From an uncultured Chloroflexia bacterium (GTDB lineage: Bacteria; Chloroflexota; Limnocylindria; Limnocylindrales; CSP1-4), in contig CAVPPB010000001.1 of the NCBI GenBank assembly GCA_963707215.1, positions 384,001 through 448,000 on the forward strand: a stretch of DNA of 64,000 nt, written 5' to 3'. Positions 43,269-53,186 of the stretch are shown piece by piece. The position numbers were made by a program, and so were the translations under genes. The notes under the pieces are model-generated. The model had not been told where the DNA came from, ran no database searches, and saw only the letters and a list, made by a program, of their open reading frames with translations. The stretch's first letter is position 1. Every line of letters starts with the position of its first letter.

Positions 43269-44213
43269 TCAGCCCCCAAGGACGAGCAGGGCGACGCCCG
43301 CGACCACGAGGACCGAGGCGAGGATCCGTCGCCCGGCGTCGCGCCGGTCCGACGCCTCGCCGAGGACGATGGCGCCCCATGCGGCCCCGAGCACGACGGC
43401 CGATTCTCGCAGCGGCGAGACGGCAGCCTGGGGCGCCTGCGAGAGGGCGTACAGCACCAGGAGGTAGCCAGCCAGCATGAAGAGGCCGCCCACGGCGGCC
43501 CGGCGCGTGGCGGCCCCGGCCAGCCGCGAACGGACGGAAGCACCCCCGACATCGCGGACCCCGGGACGATCGAGGCGCCGACGGGCGAGGGCAACGACCA
43601 CGAGGCCGAGGGACATCGCCGGCCAGATCAGCATCGCGTAGAGCCAGCCGTCCTCGAGGCGGACACCGATCCGGTCGATCGTCGTGTAGCCGGCGATGGC
43701 GACGCCGGTGGCCAGGGCAAGGACGCCTGCCGAGACGGCTGGGCGACCGCCTGCAGCGGTCCTCACCCGCCCGGCGCCCGCCCGGAGCGCCCGCCAGGGT
43801 CGCGTGAGCACGAGGATGGCGACCAGGAGCGCGACCACGCCGACGCCGCCGGCCGGACCGAGCCGCTCCCCGAGGAGGAGGACGCCGATCGCCGCGACGA
43901 TCACCGGCGAGGTGCCCCGGGCGGTCGGGTAGACGAGCGACAGGTCGCCGCGACGATACGCCTCCGAGAGGAGCGTGAAGTAGATCGTCCCGACCACTCC
44001 CGAGGCCACGATGAGCGCCGCCATGGTCGTGGTGACCGACGGTTGCCCCAACGTCAGCCACCCGACGACCGTGGGGACGACCAGGACCGTGGTCGCCGTC
44101 CACACGGCGATCGAGGTGGCTTCGAGCGGGTCGGCCCCGGTCTTGACCCGGATGTTCCAGGTGACGTGGAGGACGCCGGACAGCAGGACGAGGCCGACGA
44201 TGAGCGGGTCCAC
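43269..44213 (-). CDS. EamA/DMT family transporter
   Basis: LHVTWN, AYRRGDLSLVYPTARG, YTTID, SPLRESAVV. Confidence 0.88.
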   Translation of the reverse strand: MDPLIVGLVLLSGVLHVTWNIRVKTGADPLEATSIAVWTATTVLVVPTVVGWLTLGQPSVTTTMAALIVASGVVGTIYFTLLSEAYRRGDLSLVYPTARGTSPVIVAAIGVLLLGERLGPAGGVGVVALLVAILVLTRPWRALRAGAGRVRTAAGGRPAVSAGVLALATGVAIAGYTTIDRIGVRLEDGWLYAMLIWPAMSLGLVVVALARRRLDRPGVRDVGGASVRSRLAGAATRRAAVGGLFMLAGYLLVLYALSQAPQAAVSPLRESAVVLGAAWGAIVLGEASDRRDAGRRILASVLVVAGVALLVLGG

Positions 44214-44261
44214 GGCTAGGCGCGGCCGCCGCGCCGAGGCGACCGCACCTGCCGACCCGGC

Positions 44262-45959
44262 CTAGCCGTTGACGTCGCGGCGCCGCATCCCCCAGGCGCC
44301 CACCAGGATCCCGCCGACCGCGAGGACCAGGCAGGCGACGATCCCGACGGGGTCGTACTCGCCGATCATCGGCTGGCCGAAGTGGGTCGTGAGGGCGAGC
44401 TGGGCGACCCAGTCCGGCAGCTCGAGCGGCGGGGCGAGCAGGGCGATGAGGAACGTGGCGACGACGAAGAGGGCCACGATCTCCGCCGCGATCGAGCTCC
44501 GCCAGAGCCCGCCGATGGCCACGCCGATGCCGATCAACCCCACGGCATAGATGCCGAGAACGAACGTCCCGACGACCGGCGTCGCGACATCGCCGCCGGC
44601 GAACGCCGAGCCGACGCCGATCCCGATGGCGACCAGCGTGGTCATGACCAGGACAGCGAGGATGGCCCCGATGCCGCCGGCCACGACCCAGCGGGCCGGG
44701 GTCAACGGCGTGACGAGGAGCTCCTCGAGGCGACCGCTGGACTCGTCGGACGCCCAGCGACCCACGAAGGTCGCCGCGGCGAAGCCGATGACGATGATCC
44801 CCATCTCGACGAAGATCAGCTGCAGGAACCAGCCGGACGACGTCATGTCGACCCCGGGGAAGATCGTGGTGAGGATCTCCTCGAACGTCGGGAAGTCGGT
44901 CAGCATCGCCTCCGAGAAGGCCTTGCTGACCGCGGCCATCATGAAGCCGAAGATGCCGATCCCGATGCCCCAGGCGAGCGCTCCGGGCAGCTGGTCGCCG
45001 AACGCGCGGCCCTCGGGACCGCGGAGGCCGAGGGTGGCCTTCGGCAGACCCGGCATCGGGATCCCGGTCATGACGCCGAGATCACGGCGGTTGAAGAGCT
45101 CCACGCCGACCGCGAACAGGACGACCGTGATGACGGCAACGAGGGCCAGCGACGCCCAGTCGTACTGGCCGGCCAGGGCGACGTGGTCGTACGTCCAGTA
45201 GAACCAGGAGATGTTGCCGATCCCCTCGAACGCTGGCACGTAGGGGGCGTAGTTGCCGATCAGGAACATGCCGAGCATCACGGCCCCGGCCACCCCGGCC
45301 GCGCTGGCCCGCCCGACGATCGGCCCGAGGGCGAAGGCGATCGAGCCCGAGATGAGCCCCAGCAGGCCGACCCAGAGGGCGAAGCCGGCGGCCTCCAGCG
45401 GCGAGATGTCGTCCCCGAGGGCCGCGTTGCCGAACACGTTGGACGACACGACGGCAGCCACGGCCATGACCGCCAAGGCGACGACCATGACGGTGACGTG
45501 GGCGGTGAGCTTCTCGAGGGCGATCCGGCGCTTCCCGAAGGGCGCCGCCGCGACGAAGTCGAGGCTGGCCCGGCGAGCCTCACCGGCCAGCGTCGAGGAC
45601 AGCGCCAGGATCGACCAGAGCCCCGCGATGAACACGAAGACCGGGCCGTACTTGTAGGTCAGGAAGCCCCCCATCGTCTCGACTTCCAGCGGGTTGCCGG
45701 CGATGCCAGCCATGATGGGCGGGACCGCCTCGGTGATGGCGACAAGCTCGGCGCGCGCCTCTGGTGTCGAGTAGGTCGTCCCCCAGGCGGTGCCGAGGAC
45801 GAACATCAGGCCGGCGAAGAAGCCGGCCATGATGATGAAGGCGAGCCTCGAGTCGCGGATCGTCTTGCCGTAGATGCTCCCGAACCCGTAGATGCGATGG
45901 CGGAACGGGATGGCGGGGATCGTCGCCCCGCGCGGCGGGAGGTGGGTGTCAACGGCCAT
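44262..45959 (-). CDS. ABC-2 type transporter permease (duplicated domain)
   Basis: Two homologous halves, each ending RRD; GEARRASLD and SDESSGRLEELL loops. Confidence 0.85.
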   Translation of the reverse strand: MAVDTHLPPRGATIPAIPFRHRIYGFGSIYGKTIRDSRLAFIIMAGFFAGLMFVLGTAWGTTYSTPEARAELVAITEAVPPIMAGIAGNPLEVETMGGFLTYKYGPVFVFIAGLWSILALSSTLAGEARRASLDFVAAAPFGKRRIALEKLTAHVTVMVVALAVMAVAAVVSSNVFGNAALGDDISPLEAAGFALWVGLLGLISGSIAFALGPIVGRASAAGVAGAVMLGMFLIGNYAPYVPAFEGIGNISWFYWTYDHVALAGQYDWASLALVAVITVVLFAVGVELFNRRDLGVMTGIPMPGLPKATLGLRGPEGRAFGDQLPGALAWGIGIGIFGFMMAAVSKAFSEAMLTDFPTFEEILTTIFPGVDMTSSGWFLQLIFVEMGIIVIGFAAATFVGRWASDESSGRLEELLVTPLTPARWVVAGGIGAILAVLVMTTLVAIGIGVGSAFAGGDVATPVVGTFVLGIYAVGLIGIGVAIGGLWRSSIAAEIVALFVVATFLIALLAPPLELPDWVAQLALTTHFGQPMIGEYDPVGIVACLVLAVGGILVGAWGMRRRDVNG

Positions 45960-46863
45960 CGCCGGTCACCTCCACGGCCTTGCGGCCGTACTGGGCGAGG
46001 AACGTGTCCTCGAGTGATGGCTCGCGACTGGTGAAGTCGAGCAGCTCATAGCGGGCTGCGGCCTGGACGACCGGCCCGATGGGCCCGTTGACCCGGAGCC
46101 GAAGGACGTGGTCGCTGACCTCGACGTCGCTGACCCCGGGCAGCTGCTCGAACTCGGCGGCCGGGACGGGTCCGCTGAACATCAGCTCGACCTGGTGGTG
46201 GGCGAGGTCACGCAGCGCGTCGACCGTGCCCTCGCGGACGATCCTGCCTTCACGGATGATGGCCACCCGGCCGCAGGTCTTCTCGACCTCGCTCAGGATG
46301 TGGCTCGAGAGGAAGACCGTCGTCCCCTCGGCGGCCGTCTCCATGAGGGTCTCGAAGAAGCTCTGCTGGATGAGCGGGTCGAGGCCCGACGTCGGCTCGT
46401 CGAGGATGAGCAGCTCGGGTCGGTGCTGGAGGGCGATGACCAGGCCGACCTTCTGCTTGTTGCCCTTGGAGTACTCCTTGTACCGGCGGGTCGGATCGAG
46501 ATCGAGGCGCTCGATGAGCGCCGCCTGGTAGGTAGGGTCGACGCCACCGCGGAGGTTGGCGAAGTACTCCATCGTCTGCTTCCCGGTCAGCCGGTCGTAC
46601 AGCGCGAACTCACCCGGGATGTAGCCGATCCGGCGATGGATGGAGACCGGGTCCCTCGTGGACTCGATCCCGAACACGAGGGCCTTCCCGCTCGTCGGCT
46701 TGATGAGGTCGAGCATCGTTCGGATCGTCGTCGTCTTGCCAGCCCCGTTCGGGCCCAGGAAGCCGAAGATCTCGCCCGGCTGGACCTCGAGATCCACCTC
46801 GATGATCCCGCGGTGCGCCCCGTACGACTTCGTGAGCTGCTCGGTGGCGATGACGGCGGTCAT
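45949..46863 (-). CDS. ABC transporter ATP-binding protein
   Basis: GPNGAGKTT, YSKGNKQK, LDEPTSGLD, SSHIL. Confidence 0.95.
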   Translation of the reverse strand: MTAVIATEQLTKSYGAHRGIIEVDLEVQPGEIFGFLGPNGAGKTTTIRTMLDLIKPTSGKALVFGIESTRDPVSIHRRIGYIPGEFALYDRLTGKQTMEYFANLRGGVDPTYQAALIERLDLDPTRRYKEYSKGNKQKVGLVIALQHRPELLILDEPTSGLDPLIQQSFFETLMETAAEGTTVFLSSHILSEVEKTCGRVAIIREGRIVREGTVDALRDLAHHQVELMFSGPVPAAEFEQLPGVSDVEVSDHVLRLRVNGPIGPVVQAAARYELLDFTSREPSLEDTFLAQYGRKAVEVTGDGR

Positions 46864-47360
46864 GCGACCCCTGCCTTTCGTTCGTCCGACGACACGACGG
46901 TCGCTCGGGTCTGGGTAGCGCGGAACCGCTCCAGCATCGAGGGCAGTTCCTCCTCCATGAATGCGTAGACGTCGCGGAGCTCCTGGACCCGGGCCCGTGC
47001 CGCTTGTGAGCGGTCGCCGAGCATCTCCAGCCCATCGTCGGCGAGTCGCCGCCAGGCGACTGTCGACGGGAGGCGGGACTCGAGGACGGCAACCACCGAT
47101 CCGCGCGGGATGCTGAAGTACTCGCGGCGATCCCTCGGACGGGTCGACCGATGGATCAGGCCGGCCTGCTCCAGGAGTCGGACCATCCCGCTGACCGAGC
47201 CGCGGCTGGCGTGCAGCTCGCCGGCGATCGAGGCGGCCGTCTGCTCGGCGGGGTCGCAGATCAGGAGCCAGCCCCAGATCCGTCCGGCCATCCGGGGCAG
47301 GCCGCTGCCGGACAGCATCGAGCCGACGCGCTCGACGAAGGCAGCCTCCTGGTCCGTCAC
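46860..47360 (-). CDS. GbsR/MarR-like transcriptional regulator
   Basis: GLPRMAGRIWGWLLICDP...L.ASRGSVS; GGAGG RBS before GTG. Confidence 0.85.
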   Translation of the reverse strand: MTDQEAAFVERVGSMLSGSGLPRMAGRIWGWLLICDPAEQTAASIAGELHASRGSVSGMVRLLEQAGLIHRSTRPRDRREYFSIPRGSVVAVLESRLPSTVAWRRLADDGLEMLGDRSQAARARVQELRDVYAFMEEELPSMLERFRATQTRATVVSSDERKAGVA

Positions 47361-47424
47361 CCGGGATCCTCCAGTGCGCTCCGTGGCTCGATGTCGACCG
47401 GTCAAGCATGCAGGTTCTCGTGAT

Positions 47425-47440
47425 TTCAGTCAATACTGAA
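47425..47440. promoter_or_regulatory. Dyad operator, probably for the GbsR-like regulator
   Basis: Perfect palindrome TTCAGT-CAAT-ACTGAA in an AT-rich patch upstream of the regulator. Confidence 0.65.
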
Positions 47441-47520
47441 CTCACGAGCATCACAGGATGAGCTGAGGCGAGCCGAGGCCTCGGAAGACCGACATATCGT
47501 CGACAGGTGGCGCCCGACCG

Positions 47521-48756
47521 ATGCCGGCCACGCCGGGTCGCCGCCAGCCTGGCCATGGCCATGGCCATGGGCGATACTGCCGGGATGAGCGATCCGAGCC
47601 TCGGAACCGGCGCCGCGCACGACCCGAAGGCGGCCCACCGCCAGGGGCCGACACGGCGACCGACGACCGCCACGGTCATGGCGACGGCGACCACACGCAC
47701 GATGGCGGCCACACGCACGCGCACGATCGCTCCGGCCCGCTCGGGTTCGTCGCCAGGCTCGTCGGGCACAGCCACGACCACGCCGACTCGATCGACGACG
47801 CCCTGACGAGCGATGCCCGGGGCATCCGGGCGGTCAAGCTGTCCCTCGTCGGGCTGGGCGTCACGGCGGTCCTGCAGCTCGTCGTGGTGCTCATCTCGGG
47901 CTCGGTCGCCCTGCTCGCCGACACCGTCCACAACTTCTCGGACGCCCTGACCGCGATCCCGCTCTGGATCGCCTTCGTGCTCGGATCCCGGGCCGCGACG
48001 CGCCGCTACACCTTCGGCTATCGCCGGGCCGAGGACCTCGCCGGGCTCTTCGTCCTGGTCATGATCCTCGGGTCCGCCCTGCTGGCCGGCTACGAGTCCA
48101 TCAGCCGGCTCATCGACCCGGTCACCATCACGAACATCCCGCTCGTCGTCACCGCCGGCGTCATCGGGTTCGCCGGCAACGAGGCCGTCGCCATCTACAG
48201 GATCCGGGTCGGCCGACGGATCGGCTCGGCGGCCCTGGTCGCCGATGGCTACCACGCCCGGACTGACGGCCTCACCTCGCTGGCCGTCGTGTTCGGCGCC
48301 CTCGGCGTCGCACTCGGCTATCCGATCGCCGACCCACTCGTCGGACTGCTCATCACGGTGACGATCCTGTTCGTGCTCCGCCAGGCGACGGGGCAGATGG
48401 TGGCTCGCCTGATGGACGCCATCGAGCCCGAGATCGTCGACCAGGTCGAGGCGACGGTGCGCTCGGTGCCGGAAGTCCAGGACCTGTCCCGCCTGCGGGT
48501 CCGCTGGGTGGGTCACACCCTGGAGGCCTCGATGGCCATCACCGTCGACTGCGACATGACCGTCAGCCGCGGCCACCGGGTCGCCGAGGAGGTCCGCCAC
48601 CGGCTGCTCCACGACGTCGCCCGGCTCGACACGGTCGCGGTCCACGTCAACCCGTGCGACCACTCGGGGGAGGACCCGCACGCCGAGCTGCGTCACCACG
48701 ATGTCCGGGCCGTGGTCGCCGAGCCTCCTACTCCCAGCCGGTCGCCAGCTCCTTGA
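47521..48756 (+). CDS. Cation diffusion facilitator (CDF) with His-rich N-terminus
   Basis: HSHDH, SGSVALLADTVHNFSD, YTFGYRRAED, ADGYHARTD, VHVNP; true start may be ATG 47585 with a frameshift. Confidence 0.92.
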   Translation: MPATPGRRQPGHGHGHGRYCRDERSEPRNRRRARPEGGPPPGADTATDDRHGHGDGDHTHDGGHTHAHDRSGPLGFVARLVGHSHDHADSIDDALTSDARGIRAVKLSLVGLGVTAVLQLVVVLISGSVALLADTVHNFSDALTAIPLWIAFVLGSRAATRRYTFGYRRAEDLAGLFVLVMILGSALLAGYESISRLIDPVTITNIPLVVTAGVIGFAGNEAVAIYRIRVGRRIGSAALVADGYHARTDGLTSLAVVFGALGVALGYPIADPLVGLLITVTILFVLRQATGQMVARLMDAIEPEIVDQVEATVRSVPEVQDLSRLRVRWVGHTLEASMAITVDCDMTVSRGHRVAEEVRHRLLHDVARLDTVAVHVNPCDHSGEDPHAELRHHDVRAVVAEPPTPSRSPAP

Positions 48757-49888
48757 CGGCTCGACGGTCCCGTCGACGGACCAGCCAGACCGCGGCGGCC
48801 GTGGTCAGCGGAACGGCGGCCACGATGCCCAGGCTGCCGACGAGCGCCCTCACGATCTCGATCGCGACGATCTCGCCGGAGACGATCTCGAGGACACCCT
48901 GGCGGCCCGCAGCGAGAAGTACGAGCAGCGGCAGAGCAGCCCCGACGTAGGCCAGGACGAGCGTGTTCACGGTGGCGGCGATGTGCGAGCGGCCGACGTT
49001 GAGCGAGCGGCCAAAGAGGTCCCGGGACCCCAGCTTCGGATCGGCCTCATGGAGCTCGTGGACGGTCGCCGCCTGGGTGATGGTGACGTCGTCGAGCACG
49101 CCGAGGGCTCCGAGGATGACGGCGGCGAGAAGGAGACCACCGAGATCGAGCTCGATGCCCAGCAGGCTCTCGATGAACAGGGCGTCCTCCGACCCCTGCG
49201 CCGATGTGAACTCGGCCAGGGCGGTCGCGGCCACGGCCAGGCCGGCCGTCAGGCTCAGGGCCGCGAACGTGCCCAAGGCCGCGGCCAGGGTGGTCGGCCG
49301 CCAGCCCTCGGTCAGCAGCAGCGTCACCAGGGTGATCGCCGTGGCGCAGGCGACCGCCAGCAGCACCGGTTCCCAGCCGGCCAGGATCAGCGGCAGCAGG
49401 ACCTTGATGACGATGACCAGGGTCAGGGCGAGGGCCAGCAGCGAGCGGATCCCCCGCCAGCCGCCGACGACGGCGACGGCAAGGGCGAACATCGCCACCA
49501 GGCCGCCGATCGCCGGGATCCGCCAGCGATCCGACACCGCCACGAACGACCCGTCGGGCTGGGCCGTCAGCGACACGATGATCTCGTCGCCGACCGCGTA
49601 GTCCGGTACCTCGATCTGCCCGGACGGTCCCTGGAGGTACCCCTCGCGGGTCTCGCCGCGATGCGGGCCGCTCAGGACCTCGACCACCACCTCCGGGCCG
49701 GTCCCGTCGTCCCCGGCATCCAGGAACTCGACGATCCGACCGTGGGCCAGCTCGATCGGCGGGGCCGACGTGGGCGGCGGCGCGAGGTCGGGCAGGAGCA
49801 GGATGACGACGAGGACGGCCGTCCCGCCCAGGATCGCCCCGAGGTTCTGGCGCAGGCCCGACTCGAGGCGCCCGAGGACCGAGCTCAT
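48728..49888 (-). CDS. YibE/F family membrane protein
   Basis: LGALGVLDDVTITQAATV.EL, GRSHIAATVNTLVLAYVGAALP, EIVRALVGSLG. Confidence 0.9.
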   Translation of the reverse strand: MSSVLGRLESGLRQNLGAILGGTAVLVVILLLPDLAPPPTSAPPIELAHGRIVEFLDAGDDGTGPEVVVEVLSGPHRGETREGYLQGPSGQIEVPDYAVGDEIIVSLTAQPDGSFVAVSDRWRIPAIGGLVAMFALAVAVVGGWRGIRSLLALALTLVIVIKVLLPLILAGWEPVLLAVACATAITLVTLLLTEGWRPTTLAAALGTFAALSLTAGLAVAATALAEFTSAQGSEDALFIESLLGIELDLGGLLLAAVILGALGVLDDVTITQAATVHELHEADPKLGSRDLFGRSLNVGRSHIAATVNTLVLAYVGAALPLLVLLAAGRQGVLEIVSGEIVAIEIVRALVGSLGIVAAVPLTTAAAVWLVRRRDRRAVKELATGWE

Positions 49889-49898
49889 CTGCCGCCCG

Positions 49899-50870
49899 TC
49901 AGACGCCGATCGGATGCCAGACCGTCTTCATCTCGAGGAAGGTGGCGATCCACTCGGGCCGCTCGGCGGCTCGATCGTCCAGCCAGTCGAAGCGGTCCTC
50001 GCGCTGGGCCGTCGGCCGGTGAGCGACGCGCTTGATCGTCTCGGCGGCAGCAAGCTCGGCGTCGACGACCAGCTCGTCGGGGGCACCCCACAGGTCGATG
50101 CCGTCGACGTCGCCATGGGCCGCCAGGATCGGCACCAGCTCGCGGCGGAAGCCGGTCAGGACGTTGACGACGCCGGCCGGCACGTCGGATGTCGCCAGGA
50201 CCTCGGTCAGGCTGATCGCGGGCAGCGGGCGCGTCTCGGACGCCAGGACGACCGTCGCGTTGCCGGCCACCAGCACCGGGGCGAGCCGACTCACCAGGCC
50301 GAGCAGCGACGAGGTCTCGGGGGCGACGATCCCGATCAGGCCGGTCGCCTCGGGGATCGTGAAGTCGAAGTAGGGGGCGGCGACCGGGTTGGACGAGCCG
50401 AGGATCTGGGCGATCTTGTCCGCCCAGCCGGCATACCAGACCCAGCGGTCGATCGAGCGGTCCACGAGCGCGGCTGCCCGGTCAGTCGAGCAGCCCTCGG
50501 CGGCGGCGACCTCGGCAACGAACTGGTCCCGCCGTCCCTCCATGAGCTCGGCGACCCGGTAGAGGATCTGGCCGCGGTTCATGGCGGTGCGATCGGCCCA
50601 TGCGTCGGTCGCCTTGCGGGCCACACGAACGGCGTCGCGGAGGTCCTTGCGTGATGCCCGGCAGGCATTGGCCAGCGGCGTGCCGCCGGGATCGCGGACG
50701 ACGTACGAACGACCGGACTCGGAGCGCGGGAACTGGCCGCCGACGTAGAGCTTGTAGGTCTTGCGGACCTCGATCCTGGGGGCCGGCGCGGCCTCGGCCT
50801 GGGCCTTCCGGGCGACCGCCCGGCCTTCGGCGGCGCGTGCAGCGGTGGTCGATCTCTCCCGGCTCGGCAC
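49899..50870 (-). CDS. Short aldehyde dehydrogenase-family protein (NAD-binding domain only)
   Basis: KTYKLYVGGQFPRSESGR, WYAGWADK, PAGVVNVLTG, KTVWHPIG; no ELGGK or catalytic Cys region. Confidence 0.85.
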   Translation of the reverse strand: MPSRERSTTAARAAEGRAVARKAQAEAAPAPRIEVRKTYKLYVGGQFPRSESGRSYVVRDPGGTPLANACRASRKDLRDAVRVARKATDAWADRTAMNRGQILYRVAELMEGRRDQFVAEVAAAEGCSTDRAAALVDRSIDRWVWYAGWADKIAQILGSSNPVAAPYFDFTIPEATGLIGIVAPETSSLLGLVSRLAPVLVAGNATVVLASETRPLPAISLTEVLATSDVPAGVVNVLTGFRRELVPILAAHGDVDGIDLWGAPDELVVDAELAAAETIKRVAHRPTAQREDRFDWLDDRAAERPEWIATFLEMKTVWHPIGV

Positions 50871-52394
50871 CTAGCGGTCCTCCAGCCGGACGTAGGCCAG
50901 GAGGCCGTGGAGGCCGCCCTCGCGCCCGAAGCCGGACTCTTTGTAGCCACCGAAGGGGCTCGTCGGATCGAACTTGTTGAACGTGTTGGCCCAGACGACG
51001 CCGGCCTTCATCCGCCGGGCCATCTCGAGGATCCGGCTCCCCTTCTCCGTCCAGATGCCGGCCGACAGCCCGTAGGCGGTGTTGTTCGCCTTCTCGACGG
51101 CCTCGTCGGGCGTCCGGAAGGTCAGCACCGACAGGACCGGGCCGAAGATCTCCTCGCGGGCGATGCGGTGGCTGAGGGCCACGTTGGTGAACATCGTCGG
51201 CCGGAAGAACCAGCCCCGGTCGGGCAGCTCGCAGGCCGGCTGGTAGAGCTCGGCGCCCTCCGCGACACCCGATTCGACGAGCTCGGTGATCCGCTCGAGC
51301 TGCTGTTTCGAGTTGATCGCCCCGACGTCGGTGTTCTTGTCGAGCGGATCGCCGACCCGCAGGGTCGCCAGGCGATCCTTGAGCTTGTCGATGAGCGGCG
51401 CGGCGATCGATTCCTGGACCAGCAGGCGGGAGCCGGCACAGCAGACCTCGCCCTGGTTGAAGTAGATCCCGTTGACGATGCCCTCTACGGCCTGATCGAG
51501 GGCCGCGTCCTCGAAGACGATGTTGGCGGCCTTCCCGCCGAGCTCCAGGGTCAGGGCCTTGTCGGTGCCGGCGACGGCCCGCTGGATCGTTCGTCCCACC
51601 TCGGTCGAGCCGGTGAAGGCGACCTTGTCGATCCGCGGATGGGCCGCGAGGTGAGCGCCGATGCTGCCCGGCCCGGTGACGATGTTGACGACGCCCGGAG
51701 GGAGGTCGGCCTGCCGGCAGACGTCGGCGAACAGCAGGGCCGTGAGCGGGGTCGTGCTGGCGGGCTTCAGTACCACCGTGTTGCCGGCCGCGATCGCCGG
51801 GGCGATCTTCCAGGCCAGCATGAGGAGCGGGAAGTTCCAGGGGATGATCTGGCCGGCGACCCCCAGCGGCCGAGCCACCCGACCGGGGAACGCGTACTCG
51901 AGCTTGTCGGCCCAGCCGGCGTAGTACCAGAAGTGCGCGGCGACGAGCGGGATGTCGACGTCGCGGCTCTCCTTGATGGGCTTGCCCGTGTCCATCGACT
52001 CGAGGACCGCGAACTCACGGCTGCGCTCCTGGAGGATGCGGGCGATCCGGAAGAGGTACTTGGCCCGCTCCTTGCCGGCCAGCGACGCCCATCGGCGCTG
52101 CGCACGGCGGGCCGAACGGACGGCCCGGTCGACGTCGGCAGCATCCGCCCGGGCCACCGCCGCGAGCGGCTCCTCGGTCGACGGGTCGACCGTCAGGAAG
52201 GTCTCGCCGCTGGCAGCCGGGACCTCGCGCCCGCCGATGAAGAGGCCGTAGCGGTCCTTGAGCCGGACGACGTCGCGCGCCTCGGGGGCTGGCGCGTATT
52301 CCCAGGGGATCGCCTGGCCGTCACCGAGACCCCACGACGAAGGGGCTCGCCCGCCGGCGGTCGTGAGGGCGCGGTCGGGGGATTGGGTGGTCAT
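50871..52394 (-). CDS. Aldehyde dehydrogenase
   Basis: IPWNFP, FTGSTEVG, LELGGK, FNQGEVCCAG, EEIFGP, PFGGYKESG. Confidence 0.95.
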   Translation of the reverse strand: MTTQSPDRALTTAGGRAPSSWGLGDGQAIPWEYAPAPEARDVVRLKDRYGLFIGGREVPAASGETFLTVDPSTEEPLAAVARADAADVDRAVRSARRAQRRWASLAGKERAKYLFRIARILQERSREFAVLESMDTGKPIKESRDVDIPLVAAHFWYYAGWADKLEYAFPGRVARPLGVAGQIIPWNFPLLMLAWKIAPAIAAGNTVVLKPASTTPLTALLFADVCRQADLPPGVVNIVTGPGSIGAHLAAHPRIDKVAFTGSTEVGRTIQRAVAGTDKALTLELGGKAANIVFEDAALDQAVEGIVNGIYFNQGEVCCAGSRLLVQESIAAPLIDKLKDRLATLRVGDPLDKNTDVGAINSKQQLERITELVESGVAEGAELYQPACELPDRGWFFRPTMFTNVALSHRIAREEIFGPVLSVLTFRTPDEAVEKANNTAYGLSAGIWTEKGSRILEMARRMKAGVVWANTFNKFDPTSPFGGYKESGFGREGGLHGLLAYVRLEDR

Positions 52395-52476
52395 CGCGGG
52401 CCATTATGGCACCCGGCCCAGACGGTGCAGACCCGGGCGCCGTCCGGGCGCGGCCCAAGCGCGGCATCATCAAGCG

Positions 52477-53115
52477 ATGAACGGACCGACAACGATCACC
52501 TTGGTCGTGGCGATCGCCATCGCCGCCGTCGACTGGTGGGCGGTGGCGTCCACCCGGAGCGGCCTCGAGCGGGTCGCGAAGCCAGCGGTGATGGCCGCCC
52601 TGGTCCTCGCCGCGCTGACGACCGACCCGACCGTGAGCGAGCCGGTCCGCATCCTCGTCGTGGTCGCCCTCGCCGCATCGCTTGTCGGCGACGTCCTGTT
52701 GCTGCCGGGTGGATCGCTGGTCGGCGGTCTGGTCGCGTTCGCCGGCGCCCAGCTCGCCTACGGGGCGTCATTCGCACTGCGCGACCCCGCGCCGCCCGCT
52801 GTCGTCGCAGGGATCGTCGTCGGCGCGATCGTGGCTGCGACGGTCGGGCGCACGATCCTTGCCGGCGCGCCGCGCCCGCTCCGGCCGGCCGTCGCCGGCT
52901 ACCTGGTGGTGATCCTGGGCATGGCCGGTCTCGCCACCGGCTCGCTCGTGCCGGCCGCCGTCGTCGGCGCCTGGCTGTTCGTCGCCTCCGACACCATGCT
53001 CGGATGGGCGCTGTTCGTCGCGCCCATCGGTGTCGAACGACCTCGGCGGCGTGCTGCGGTGATGGCCATCTACCACGTCGCCCAGGTGCTGCTCGTCCTC
53101 TCGATCGCGGTCTGA
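52477..53115 (+). CDS. YhhN / lysoplasmalogenase family membrane protein
   Basis: KP, SLVGDVLL, GLVAF..AQLAY, LFVASD, YHVAQ. Confidence 0.85.
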   Translation: MNGPTTITLVVAIAIAAVDWWAVASTRSGLERVAKPAVMAALVLAALTTDPTVSEPVRILVVVALAASLVGDVLLLPGGSLVGGLVAFAGAQLAYGASFALRDPAPPAVVAGIVVGAIVAATVGRTILAGAPRPLRPAVAGYLVVILGMAGLATGSLVPAAVVGAWLFVASDTMLGWALFVAPIGVERPRRRAAVMAIYHVAQVLLVLSIAV

Positions 53116-53186
53116 CGTGGCCGGCTCGGGATCGAACGGCCGCGGCCGGGGAGCCAGGCCCGACCGCCGGGACCGCGGTCCGGGGA

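Noticed and set aside
45949-48699. 916-aa ORF suggesting a giant ABC fusion
   Set aside because: Only the last 304 aa (from ATG 46863) are the ATPase; the rest is antisense to the CDF or out of frame with the regulator
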